Position numbers and translations under genes: made by a program
Notes under the pieces: model-generated
What the model saw: only the letters and a program-made list of their open reading frames with translations
What the model was told of the DNA's origin: nothing
Databases searched by the model: none
From: Camelus ferus
Lineage: Eukaryota
Direction: 5' to 3'
Assembly: GCF_009834535.1 (NCBI RefSeq)
Contig: NC_045697.1
Location: forward strand, 69,008,001-69,072,000
Length of the DNA: 64,000 nucleotides
Part shown: in pieces, positions 1 through 12,722 of the stretch
Position numbering within the stretch: the stretch's first letter is position 1
Layout: each line of letters starts with the position of its first letter

Positions 1-425
1 TTCAGGAAGTCTAATGCAAAAATTAAGGCATCAATGCACAGATCCAGGCCTCCAACAGCTGGCACACAAACCAATTCCTTCACTCTGCTACCATCCTTAT
101 TCTACGTATTTTGACCATTTGTACAAATTTCGTGGGCCTTAATTCATTCAACAGTCTTATTCTCCCATTCAGGAGTCTCAAGGACCATGAAGCATGTAAC
201 AATGGTTTATGTCTTGTAGAATATACGGAAGAGTGATCAACACCCAACCAGACAACCAACACTGAACACATTTATTTTTCTCTTATTCTAATTACAAAAT
301 ACAGATTGAAGGTGAAAGAAGGTAATATGAAGGGAAAATAAAATATGACAAATGACATGTTAGTTTATGAGAGGAAGAAAGCATGACTTTTATTAACTCA
401 ATTATAGTAATGATTATAAATTTAC

Positions 426-538
426 CTGCACTTCTGAAACATCATAGTGTCCTGGACCTGGAACAGCTTTCTCAGTGTTAGAAGCAACAGTTAAAGTACT
501 TTCTCTGGCAGCCAGAGAAAGGAATGGTGCATAGCCAC
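426..538 (-). CDS. STPG2: STPG2 coding exon 2 ((G)GYAPFLSLAARESTLTVASNTEKAVPGPGHYDVSEVQ)
   Basis: Acceptor ttttacttttacAG (540-539) and donor CAG|GTAAAT (425-424). 113 nt; 109+113=222 nt = 74 codons, in frame with exon 1. Contains the PGPGHY (SHIPPO/PG-rich) repeat. The gene continues beyond the window start. Confidence 0.95.
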
Positions 539-1759
539 CTGTAAAAGTAAAATCACACCGCTGGTGGATAAGATAGGATTCTAATGATTTCAGAGAAAAA
601 ACACTCAAAATATAAAAAATCATTTAGTAACCTCAATTGCTGAAACCATATTATCAAAACTAAGAAAAAAAAGCTACAGAAGTTGTTGCATTTTAAAAAT
701 TCTCTGTACGAGCCAAATTTGCGTTAATGTATATTAAATACAAAAACCTACAGAACTAGACTTCCTAAACAGGAAAAAATACCTAAAGAAAATAAAACAA
801 AATAAACTTTTTTTTCCTCTAAGCATATCTGGCTGGGATGAAAATGACAGTCATATTTAACTGGTAAGATATTTTCATCCTCAGAAGACCACAGTTTTAT
901 ATTCTGGAAAAACATATATTATTTACAGAGAGTAGCATAAATGAATTTGTAGAGAGAGCCTAGATAGAAACAATTTAAAGTGAGCATACAGCAAATAATT
1001 AATAACGTTTCCTTGCTTTGGTACATAGCTGGCACTCAGTAAATATTTCTTGATTGCCTGACCCCAAACAAAGGTTTATAAATCCAAGACACAATCATAA
1101 GATTAGACACACGCAGTAAATAGTAGACATACTCAGTCTGCTGAAAGATTGATAAAGTTTTTAAAGCAATGTATCAAGAAAATGAGCACAGTTTAAGCAA
1201 CATAGATACTAAGGAAGAAATGGGAGAAACTAGAGCAGCTATGTTCAACAGGTAGTAAAAGAATCAAAGTGAAGACTCAAAACATGTGAGAATCTTACAC
1301 ACCTAAGAAAAACGTACACTATGAGGATATATGGTGATAATTAGTAAAGTTTAAAAGCTTGCTAATCTAGACTAATAAGATATTTTGAAAACTAGAAATA
1401 ACATTTCTTTTGAGGCCCTCGTGTTTTAAAATACAACTGAAATCAAGAATTATTTATTTCTGTTAGGTACTGAAGCACAAAAGAAGTAAGTAAAATATAG
1501 ACCTTATCCTTAAAAAGCAACAACCTACTGAAGCATTAAGAAAAATATTTAATTTTAGACATGGAAAAATATCTGAAGTGCTAAAATATTCAGAGGATCA
1601 GTAAGAGGGGAAGTTCTCAACCACACTGAAGTGATTAGAAAAAGTATCAGTACAAAGAAGTGTAGCTGGTAAACCCAAAGTGGCGATAAAAACAGAGCTA
1701 TTTAAAAAGAAAACTCAAATCATTCAGCTACGATAGGGAAAGAAGAAAAAAGAAATGAG

Positions 1760-2285
1760 GAACAGAGAGATAAACAGAAAACAAGTAACAAGAGCATAAA
1801 TTTAAACACAACAATATTATAATTAAATTACATGGAGAAGTTCTCAACAGCCCAATTAAAAGGTAGATTGTCCGACTGGATAATAAAGACCCAACATTAT
1901 GCAGTCCATAGGAAACCCTCTTAAAACAAAGACACAAAGGTTAAAAACAAAAGGATAAAAAATATATATACCATATACCCATGAATCAAAGAAAGCTGGA
2001 GTGACTATATTAAAATCAGACAAGGCAGATTTTAGGACAAGGACTACCAGGGCTAAGAGAGACATTTCATTATGATATGGTTTAATAATCCATAAAAAAA
2101 AAGCAAAGAAGTAATTGCCATAAAAGTTGGAATAATGCTTACCTGTAGGGGAGAGGGAAAGGGTAATGATTAAAAAGGAAAATTTTACAATGTTATATTT
2201 CCTGACTTGAGTATTCACTTTTTAAGTTGTACATGTATATTTTATGCAATTTTCTGCATAAGTATTTCATCTCACAGTTAAAGGT
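1760..2285 (+). mobile_element. Old L1 fragments (ORF2 endonuclease N-terminal region, then a 3' UTR end) in STPG2 intron 1
   Basis: Decayed L1 ORF2 5' motifs (cccaattaaaag...agacccaacattatgc...aagaaagctggagtgactatattaaaatcagacaa), followed by an L1MC/ME-like 3' end. Confidence 0.75.
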
Positions 2286-2706
2286 ATATATATATATTTT
2301 TTTTTAATGTAGGTTCATACAGACACTGAGGAAATATGAGATAGATATGAAAGCTAAGCTCAGGCTAGTTCTGAGGTAGCTGTCATCAGAACATGGCAGA
2401 GATTCTAACTGAATCTACCTAAACAAATGCAAAATTAATTAAAAAATACTGTAATTCATATAAACATGGGGGGAAGAAAACCCCACACAGTAGCCCCATG
2501 TATGCAAGAAAGCCAGTACTCATAACATCCTCACTGAAGTTTTCCAACATTAATCATATAGAACCTTTCATCAACAGGTTAAAAGTTTATATGAAATATT
2601 GAGCTCAAGTTAAACCACAAGAAAATTAAAATGTTGATGCTGATAAGCTCTATAAGAGAAGGGACTTTTCTGTTTCATTCATAACTGTATGCCTAATGTT
2701 TACAGT

Positions 2707-2802
2707 TACGGGGACAAACTGTCCTAGTTTTCCAAGGCACATAGGACTTGTAGTGCTAAAAGCAGTACATTCCCAGGTAAACCAGGATGTTTGGTCACTC
2801 TA
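2707..2802 (-). mobile_element. MER94/MER81-like hAT-Blackjack MITE
   Basis: Degenerate terminal inverted repeats (TIRs) (acggggacaaactgtcc ... ggatgtttggtcactcta) resembling the tagggtgacca TIR. Confidence 0.6.
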
Positions 2803-4739
2803 TCATATATCCTCCATGTTAAACAATAAATACAGGATTAATAGGTGATATTCTAAACTACATCTTTAGTCATTCATTCAGCAATACTGAATGCTTTTTT
2901 ATGTGTCATAGAGAGATAGTGAGGGTACAATAATGAATAAGCTAAAACCCTGGCCTCAAATAGTGGGGAAGCCAGACAAATAAACAAATAATTACAGTGT
3001 AATTACATTATACATTATAGTCCTGCCAATAATTAAGGTAAAAAAATAGGAGAAGAGGGTTCTAGAGAATTAGGGTTGGTGGAATATGAGATAAAAAGTT
3101 CGACTTGAGACATATGAATACACTGACATACGAAGTGCTAACTGCAACCGATAAATCAAACTGTCAGATAGAAAGAAGAAATGAAGACTATAGGAGAGGA
3201 CAAGATTTGAGAAGCAAGAAATATGTTCAATTTGGTATATATTAAGTTTGAGGCACCACCAGCAGAAGATAAATCAAACTGGCATGAAGCAATTAAAGTC
3301 AGTCCATTCTGAGAAAGCAGACAGACAGCATGTGAATAAAGGACAACTTCCATAGCCACAACTACAAAACAAAAAAGGCCTTCTTTACAGAAAAGCAGTA
3401 ACTAGATCTTTGAAACACACACTCATCTTAAGGGACATCAACAAATACAGCAATCACATACACACTGTTTGTTTAAATTTAAATAAAGATGGATTGCATC
3501 CTCTGAGATGGTCTCCCTAAATTCTGATTGGCTAGTAAGGTAAAATCATTCTTGTTGACACAGGCACACAGACAGGAGTGCAAGACCATGGACAGCTCAT
3601 GCTTCCGTGGTAAAGTTAACTGCACTCCATCAAAGGAGAAATTTGGGAATGTATTAAAGAACCAGTGTCCCCAGCTTACATAATTTGTATAGAACCAATA
3701 CATATAGCTAATATACAGCTAATGTGGGTGTCATTTATTATGTAAACCAAGCTCAAAGAGCAATAAAATACTCCTTAGCACAATAATACCAGGAACAATC
3801 ACATTATTAAGAGGACTACATTTTTGTCATATTTCACTAAGCTGGTTGTCTCTGGGAAAGATTTGCTTGCTTCTGCAGATAACTGTGAGAAAATGAGAAG
3901 TAGCTCTCACTAATTTGGAATTGGAATATCCATTATCTCTCCCACTCAGGAAATCAGAGCAGTTCAGTCCTATTTCTTTCGTGCAAAGCCTGAGTACAAA
4001 AGTCTCCCTGATCAAACGGACAAAGGCCAAGGCAATGAAGTTTGCAACTTAATGTGGAAAGAATTTCCTGAGGAAAATATGAAGACAGTACACTGGAGGA
4101 CCGACAAGCAGGCTACAGTAAGAAGATAATGGTCATTAAGAGAGAAAGACTGGGAATAAAGAGTATCTGCACGTTTCTTTTTAAGTTCTAAGACTCTAAG
4201 GTCCTCTCCTCCCGTGTAATTCAAGGTAACAAATTATATAAAGTCACAACATCTGCTCTTACTACATAATACTCCATAAAATTCACCGGATCTTTAAATG
4301 AACTGATTGTGTATTCTTCCGCATGGTCCGGTGCGTTACTGATCTTAAAAGAGGGGGAAAGTAGAATGTACCTAGGAAAGAGATAATAGCTACTTTTAAA
4401 TTATCTTGCCAGAGAATCCTGTAGAGAAATGACTAAAGAGAAACCTACACCTTCTGTTGATTACTATTATTAGCATGTGGCTGAGTATTGCTAATGGGAT
4501 GCAGCTGCTCAAAGTTCCCAAGTATGGAATCTTCTAGTTTCCTCCATAGGTCAACAAGGCACAATTCTCTAAAATAGTTTAAAAAAAAAAAAAAAAAAAA
4601 GGCCTTGCAACACCCCAGTTACTGATCTCTAAGGAGAGTTCACACAAGTCAGGTTATAAGAGTTTTTAATTCTGCTATGTGCAACTCATTATTTTTATTT
4701 TAACTTTATTTCAAGAATGACTTTCTTTCAAAAATTAAG

Positions 4740-5960
4740 CTCTTATGTGTTAAGGTATTGAGATAAAAACTGAGAATAACACAGTAGAGATAATAATGAT
4801 TGCTCTCAAGAATCTCACGCATTATTGTGGCAGCCAGACAAATGAACAGACAATTACAACATAGTATCAAAGTGCTTTGAGTCACTAAGGAGTCAAAGGA
4901 AGACCTGAGTCAGGGTGGAGTTAGAGAATAACTTCACTTTACCTGAAGCTCAAAGAATAAGTAATTAGCCAGGAAAGAAAGGGAGAAAGAGCACGCTCAG
5001 CAAAGGTAGCAGCAGATACCAAAATTTATAGATAATGCAAGGTTAGAATTGCTGATGTGTAAGTTAAGTGTTGGCGGAAGTGTGGGTGCCTAGAAAGACT
5101 GAGTAAAGTGAGAGACCAGATCAGGGATTAAATCATGAAGAATTTTATGCACCATATTTAGGAGTTCATATTTTAACCTTAGTGTTAAAAGGAATTTTTT
5201 AAACAAACAGCATAATTGTATCTTAGATGACATTACCCGTAAGACAGAAGTTGAATTAGAGACTGAAATAGAGGAACCAGTAATATTTTATTGGTTTATT
5301 TCAGAATAGAGATAACAAAGCCCAAACTACGTCAAGGGCAGTTAAATGAAGAAAGGGGACTACTTGGAGAGATGAGAAGAATCAACCGGTCTTAATGATC
5401 AATGGCAGTGATCAGAGAAAAAAAGGGAGTCTACAATAATTCCAAAGCTTAAAGTTTATAATTGACTGACAGGGAATTTTTTCAAAGGGGCCAGTAATGG
5501 TGGGGAAAACGTTAAGTTCAGACACTTGGAATTTCAGGTGCTAGACATCACCCAAGTAGAGATATCCGAAAAAGTAATTGGTAATGCAAAAGCCTTAGGA
5601 TCAGGAGAAACCTCATCTTAGAGATAGGAATCACCTGTAACTTTAAATGCTTTGTTCTAGGAGTCATCAGACTCAAAATATAGAGGAGTAGTTGAAGCTA
5701 TGGATTTAAATGAGAAAGTAAATATAAGAGCAACAAGAAAAGGATGGGAAGTATTTTGCAAATGTTTAAAAAGTGTTTAGAAAAATTAAAACTTTTAAAC
5801 AAGACTATGGAAGGTTGGTTGGAGAGGGGGAAAAAATAGTACCTCAATTCAGCAAGTAACAAATATTTATTTGGTCCTAACCAGTATCAGGGACTGTTCC
5901 AAGACAATAGTTAGAAAAAGAACTAGGAAAAAATGATACAGATACCAGGGAAATATTCCT
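4740..5960 (-). mobile_element. L2 LINE remnants
   Basis: Purine-rich decayed L2 antisense sequence, plus L2 3' end-like aacaaatatttatt motifs. Confidence 0.6.
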
Positions 5961-6995
5961 AAAAGACAGTGGTCAGTTGTGTCAAAATAAAATAAGGGTT
6001 GCAAAGTATATATATCGTAAGTATAAGCATTTTGAGTGGTTGTTGGTGGCTAACTGGTAGGGGTTAATGCTTATAAGAACTCAGCTGCATTAAATAAACA
6101 TATAATTAGCTCCAAGAAAACTGATATCAATATCAGATGCTGAAACACATTAAAATTCAAGATTAAAACCAATGACAAATGACAAATTTGTACTCCACCC
6201 AAAGAAATCAATCTCATACCCTAATCTTATCAGTTATGTCAACAAAATAATGGTCCTGGCACTCATTTAAAAATACAGATATGGTGTAGGAATAGGGTAA
6301 ATGCAGGCTAACAAAGGAAAAACTATAATTTGGATGGTATTAAGAACCACAAAAATCATCAGATTATAAAAAGCAGAAAGCAAATTAGATTTATTAAAAG
6401 TTAACCCGTCACTAACTGCACACAAATTATTTAAATTATCCATTCCCACTCCATTTCTCAAGAGTCTAGTTTTTCTTTACAGATTGTGGGATAAAGGAGC
6501 TCTGATTAAGTATGTTCAAAGAGAAGATGGGTATAGTCAGATAGGAAGCACCTACCTGAAAAAATACATGGGACTATCTTTAAACGACATTGCAAAATAG
6601 AAATAGTTGTATCTTAGTAAATCAATGTTTCTCTGGCTAGTTAGGAAAGATGTGTGAGGCAGGCAAGATTACAAACAAAAGATACCCAAGGCAGTAAGAA
6701 GTACACAGGAAGACTCATAGTCAACAAGGCCAGGAAATCAAAATCCTAGATCTAACCTGTACAATTTAAAGTATGATGTAGTAGACAACCACTGTAGAAT
6801 CAAAAGCCTTGCCATACGCTTACTGGCCTTGCGAAATGGGACAAATTATTTTACAAGTACCTGTAAAATAAGGAAGGATATTCCCTGCCTACTTCATGTT
6901 TGTCATACTTATGAAGTGGTACTACTATTTTTAACTCAGACACATAGAAGCCGAGCAGGCTGAAAGTCAGGAGCTTGCCTTTCCCTACATCTTAC

Positions 6996-7104
6996 CTGTT
7001 GCCTGCTGCTTCAGGAAAGGTACCTGGTAGGATCCAGGACCCACATGATCCTCAGTGCTGCCACCCTCAGCCAATCTAAGCAAGCGCGGAGCCCGGTCAT
7101 ACAT
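6996..7104 (-). CDS. STPG2: STPG2 coding exon 1 (MYDRAPRLLRLAEGGSTEDHVGPGSYQVPFLKQQAT + first base of Gly)
   Basis: ATG at 7104-7102. The translation matches the N-terminus I recall for mammalian STPG2/C4orf37, including the first PGP-type (GPGSY) repeat. It ends at the donor CAG|GTAAGA (GT 6995-6994). 109 nt, phase 1. Confidence 0.95.
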
Positions 7105-7900
7105 AATGGAGGAGGGGGTGGGTGCTGCAAAGGGATTAAAAACAGGACGGTGGGAAGAAACGCGGGGCAAAAGGAAGCTGCCAACAATCCGACCGGGTCG
7201 GGGAAGAACCTCCGTAAACGGAGGAGCTAAAGTAGGGGCTACCGCCCTACCGGCTCATTGGTGTCAGACTTCCCCCAGGTCGATTTCTAGCCCCGTGGAA
7301 AACTGGAAAGGAGCGACACCAGGGATCACACAACCCACATAAAACTCCACTCACCAACTGAGAGTGGTAGCGCTCCCCCAAGGGAGGAGACTAAGTAGGA
7401 GTAGGAGCCCGCCCCTGTGCTTCCGGCCCTGGCTCCGCCCACTTCTCTCCACCCGGAAGTTTCTGGGAGAGAGTTTGAAGCGTTTTTCCCGGGCCGAGCC
7501 CTGGGAGCATGCGCAACAAGCCGCGAGACTTCCCGGCTCCCGCGGCCCCGCGCTATCGGCGTCCTAAGGGAGGGGGCGGGGCCGAGCCTTGGAGCTCCTT
7601 CTAGTACGCTAATTGCTTTAGATCCTGAACTCGTCGGAAATGCTCTAGAAAACGCGTTAGAGGGTATTAGGGCTGACTTAACCGTGATCCATTTTCCCTC
7701 TGAGTCAGGGCGGCTGGGAATAGACTAGCAAAAACTGTGAAAGAAAAGTCTAAGCGAAGGGAAACACTATTCCGCAACTCACCTGCCTCCCTCCCTCCCC
7801 CCACTACAGCTACACTCGCACCCCCAGGAGGAAAGCAGCTCTGACTTTATCCCGTAGGTAGTCCAAACCGTGCTAAGAGAAACAAAGGATGTGGCGGTGA
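7080..7900 (-). promoter_or_regulatory. STPG2: STPG2 CpG-rich promoter / 5' region
   Basis: Most GC/CpG-rich segment of the window. GC boxes at 7408-7415, 7433-7440 and 7573-7582; ETS/GABPA motifs CTTCCGG 7420-7426 and CCGGAAGT 7453-7460; NRF1-like GCATGCGCA 7507-7515. No obvious TATA box. Confidence 0.85.
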
Positions 7901-9843
7901 GAAGAAACAGAACCGAGGAAAGGAGACGAAAAACTCTCCAACCTAAGCAATGCAAATGTAGCTAACCGAAAGCTGCTTCTGTTGTCAGATACCAGGCAAT
8001 GGCAACATTGACTCATTTATCTGGTTATAAAGTAAAGCGAAGATGTTGGGAGAGCCCAGTCCACCCCAGTAAACCAAGGGGTCTCTGAAGCTTAGGCGAA
8101 AGGAACCAGACTCCTGCAAAGGTCTTAAGGAGTCTATGTCAGAATCCACCTCAGAGTTGTTTTAGGCTGTCTTTCTTCAGCAAGGATTCTATCCAGAATC
8201 TAATCATCCTGATGGCTTAAACAAATGCTATCTTAACCCCCAAATGAGCTATGGTACTTTAATCTCTCCCTGTTACAAATGTGTACTTATTTATACTCTG
8301 GAGGACACAGTTTGATAATCCATTCTGTGGGTCATTTATTGTGGCTTAATTGTCACATACATGCTAGAATGCTCTCCATACGAGGCTATCTGCTTCTCAA
8401 GAATATATGTGTAGTACCTTTTCCTCCTACTCAATAGCTAGCTGAATAATTATTTACTCACTTAAAAACACTTACTGGTATACACTGTACGTTCAGTACC
8501 CTGATAGGTTATGGGGATACAAAGATGAAGTCTTCATCTTCAAGGATTCTATATCTAATTGAGAGAGGCATGTGTAATCCATAACAAGAGATGACAAGAA
8601 AGATGAATAAAGCAAGAAAAATATTACAGTACTTTGGATACCTCCTCCTCCTCCTAAGAAACTAGATACTCAAGTGTTTGGTGACCCCAGAAAGCAAATT
8701 TAGGTCCAGGCCATTTTGCTGTAGGCACTGGTGCAGGCTCTCACATCCGCCTTCTGGTTTTTCACGTCTACAACAACCTAGATTGCTCTTTCCTGGGGTA
8801 GAGTTGGGTTTGAAATTGAAAATGGAAGTGGTAAAGCAGGCTTTATCTGCTTCCTATCTGATTTGATTTTTGTTCACTGAGCCTAACCTAATTTAGACAA
8901 AAGGAGTTCTTCATAGGGTCTATTCTAGGTCATTTACAGGTCTCTAAAGAAGAGTTTGTAACCCATAAGACCTATGTAGCAGCTAGCAATACAGAATTTC
9001 TTTATCTTGCCTGCCTTCTCAGTTCATGTTCTTTCCTCAAGGACCTCACACGGAGGAGCAGTTGATCAGTGGCAGGATTCCAGTGTTTCTGGGTCTTGTG
9101 GCAGGATCCTATCTAAATATCACACTCTTCATAATTTTGTTAACGCTTGGTCTCTTAGAATTCTGTATTCCTAACAAAATGCTTTTCTTTTAAAAGTTTT
9201 TATTGTGAAAATTCCGTCCTCTATTTCCCTAATTACTGTGGCTGTTCTTCTAACTGTCTCCCAGCTATAATTTCTCTCTTACGGTTCAGTAACCAAAATG
9301 ATAAACAATATTTAAAAATTGGAAAATATTTTTAAATGAGAACAGTAAATCTTTTTCATTATCTCTCATGGTAAATATTTCTTGAATAGTTTAGAATGAA
9401 TGTGCTGCTAAAAAAATTAACACAATTATAATTTATATATGAGCACAAAATAAAGAATTTGGTTCAGCATTTCTCAATTCCTACAAAATAGTTTTAATGC
9501 TAATTAACCACACTATACAACCATTTCCATCATATTAGTAAGAAATGGAAACTATAATTGAACTAAGGCTTATTTTATTATAAAATTTGGGTTCTTTCCA
9601 TTTCTCAATGCTGGCTCCCAGTAGAATAAACTTTAAAATGAGTCTTGAGGGGAGGGAATTCTGCCCTAAGGAGCATTAAATACGTTATAAATATTATAAG
9701 ACTAAATTCGTTTTGAAACTAATTTCTTTTACCCACTATGACTTACTGGTTTTCCATTGTTATGCTTTTTGTCAAAAAAAAATTAAGCAATGGTAACAAA
9801 TCATTTGGCACGTATCATAATCAATTGAATATACTTTGTCAGT

Positions 9844-10139
9844 TGTCAGCAGTCTTAAGGGAGAAGGTCGTGGGACCCAGGTCAGAGTTCACAATAACTT
9901 GCATGTGTATAGGTAAGAAGTAAATATACACATGCGCTAGTAGCATTGAGTCAGCATTATGAACAATACGCATGCGCCACTAGCATCGTAAAAGGACAAA
10001 TGCATACACCTGAGGCGCGTGCGTGCCACCCGCTTGTACTACAATAAAGTGCTGTTTTGCTCCTTGTCTGCTCCTCGCGCCTTCTTCCAGTTGGGCAGCT
10101 CACTTCCTTGAATCCCTCTTCAGCCTCCTTTAGCTGACA
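9844..10139 (+). mobile_element. Solo LTR (296 bp), young, CpG-retaining
   Basis: TGTCAGC...GCTGACA termini; perfect 5-bp TSD TCAGT (9839-9843 / 10140-10144); AATAAA at 10043-10048. Confidence 0.88.
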
Positions 10140-10369
10140 TCAGTGTTATTAGAGGTCATATTGTAAAGTGAGATGCATTCAAATTAAATGGTAAAAAGTT
10201 TATTTATATAATGATTTGAAGCTTACAAAGTATATTTTACGTTCAGTACTGTGTTGAATGTAAATTTGCGTTTCTCTAAACTGCAGACATAATATGATTC
10301 TGAAATCAACAAATTTCATGAAATGTGTTTTTTAAATTATGCCGTATTATCCAGTGACCACTTGAGTTT

Positions 10370-10545
10370 TTTCACTTGCATTGATTGAGCACCTGCTATA
10401 TGTTAGCACTGTGTGAAGCACTTCACATGAATAATCTAAATCATTTCTCATAACGCATGAGGTAGGCTCTATTAATATCTCTATCAATATGATGGGACTT
10501 AGAGCCATTAAATTCTTTATTCAATGTCACACAGTTAATGAATAA
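10370..10545 (-). mobile_element. MIR SINE
   Basis: ttgagcacctgctatatgttagcactgtg...tgaggtagg...caatgtcacacagttaatga, a MIR core pattern. Confidence 0.7.
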
Positions 10546-10569
10546 ATATAAATAGTTGCCAGTGAGCAG

Positions 10570-10672
10570 CAAACTCAAGTTTTGCTTTTGTGGAATTTTT
10601 TTCAAATATTTTTGATCTGAAGTTAGTTGAATTCAAGGGTGCAGAATTCACAGATAGGAAGGGCTTGCTGTA
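10570..10672. mobile_element. Tigger/MER2-like DNA transposon terminus
   Basis: gttagttgaattcaagggtgcagaattcacagataggaagggc...ctgTA resembles the MER2/Tigger end with a TA target. Confidence 0.6.
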
Positions 10673-12346
10673 CATGCATATTTACTTATATCCATATGTT
10701 TAAACACAAATTTAATTCTGCATTGTGCAAAATCTCAAAAAAAAAAAAAAGAAAGAAAAGAAAAAAGTACCTATTCATAAGGGGAATGACTGAGTAAATC
10801 ATGTCACCGTGGAATACTATGAAGACATTTTAAAGACTAAATGAAAGTCATTTACTTGGCATGATTTCCACGAAGTATTGCTGAGAAAAGCAAGATTCAG
10901 AAAATATATATCATACCATTTTTCTAAAACCACGGAATTACAAAAATAATTCTGTTAATGTTAAATGTACATGTGTATATATACTTAGGTATACAATTAG
11001 ATAAGCATGGAGAAATGTGGAAGGATGCATGGTAGGTCATTAATAGAGATTAAAATGGGCACAAAATGTGTTGGAAGAGGGGAATTGTGAGGGAGGAATA
11101 AATAATCAAATTTATTAACTGTTTATAAAATGGGGGAGATGCTTCTCGATTATTTAATAAAATTTAAGATATAAAACCTTGGTTAAAAGAGACAAAACAG
11201 GGAAAGAAAACAGGCAGAGCTGTGAAATATTTGTATTGTTTTAATGCCATGAATGAGGCAAAGCAAAAACAATGGTGAGAGCTAAATCAGGTAAAATTTG
11301 CAGTCAAGGTTGGAACATGCACCCATACACTATTTGGGCTCCTTTGGAAAATATGCCTCACCCGACCTGATTCAAACAACATTATAATGAGAAAAATCTA
11401 CTGCCAACTGAGGTAAACAGTAATTAGAGGAGAGCCACATGTGCTCCAGTGAGGTCAATTACAAGGGAAGATGGGAAGATGTGGTTGGGAGAGATTTTAC
11501 CACAAAATGTAGAGGCATGAAGGGAATCATTTAAGTTCTATAAAAATGGGTTAAGTAAGTTTGCATTTAGGAGTTTTTCGGGAAGGGACAGATAAAATGT
11601 TTCTATTATTAACTTTGAGCAAAATCCAGTATAGGTAATAAATCATCTGCCCGGAAGCAGTAGCGACTGCTCATTCTTCTGATGCCCTGTGGAAATTGGG
11701 CTGGAGATCAAGGCAAATGCAGCAACCCATCCTTAGATTGCTCTCCTTGTCCCTCTCATGGGTTACTCTGGGCTGAGTCCTCCCAGAGTGTGTAGTTCCA
11801 GGTAACAGCTTACTGTAATATGCTTTTTCTGGCGTGACAATAAGGGAAACAATACCAAAGGCAGAACTTTTGTTTTAAAAGGTATGAATGAAATGCTAAG
11901 GCATTTTACTTTTCCTTTTTAGAAAGTAAAATGAAGGTTAAATAAAGTCTTTCTGAAATATGGTATGTGTTTTTAAAAGATTGGAAATCAGTGAATTAAT
12001 TTGACACTTCTCATCATTGAAATTCAGTATTCTAAAAATGGAAAATATAGTACTGAGATCCAAATCTCATGTGGCTCCACTTATAAATTGTTGATAAAAA
12101 ATTTAAGACCATGTTTACATGACATTTTTAAAAACCTGTTCTCTTGCATAATGGTCCCAAAGGAGCTTATTAAAGTTTTAGAAGATTCTTGATCATTAGA
12201 ATTCTGTCTCAGCATAGTACAGTGTTTTACTAAATATATGTAGCTCTATACTTCTGTTATATATGCAGACCATATTAAATTGATTAGCAGTTCTCACTGA
12301 TTAACTTTTCTGACTACAATCTAAGTACTTTAAAAATAATTACCTT

Positions 12347-12722
12347 GAATATTATTCAGCCTTAAAAAGGAAAGAAATCCTGTCACATGCTACAAAGGGG
12401 AAGATCGTTGAGGACATTAGGCTAAGTAAAATAAGCCAGTCACAAAAAAGATAAATAGTATATGATAACCGCTTATATGAGGTATCCGAAGCAGTCAAGT
12501 TCATAGAAACAGAAAGAAGAATGGTGGTTGCCAGAGGCTGGAGGAGGGGAGGGGCAGTTGTTTAATGTGTATAGAGTTTCAGTTTAGCAAGTGAAGAAGT
12601 TCTGGAGATCCACTGCACAGTAGCAATGAATATACTTAACATTACTGAACTGCACACTTAGAAGTGGTTAAGATGGTAAATTTTATGGTATGTATTTTTT
12701 AACACAATAAAAAATAAAAAAT
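12347..12722 (+). mobile_element. 5'-truncated L1 (L1MB-like 3' UTR) with intact TSD
   Basis: L1 3' UTR sequence with an A-rich tail; 14-bp TSD AAAATAATTACCTT at 12333-12346 and 12723-12736; TT|AAAA endonuclease (EN) site. Confidence 0.9.

Noticed and set aside
3480..4600. Unique intronic sequence ending in an A20 run (4581-4600), considered as a processed pseudogene
   Set aside because: No AATAAA before the run, no TSD found and no recognisable protein in the frames I read.
6985..7170. ORF-track N-terminal extension of STPG2 (MPRVSSHRP...)
   Set aside because: It begins at a TTG and runs through a polypyrimidine/acceptor tract; the conserved start is the ATG at 7104.
7045..7728. Plus-strand ORFs over the promoter (61-103 aa)
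   Set aside because: Expected by-product of high GC; several have non-ATG starts and none resembles a known protein.
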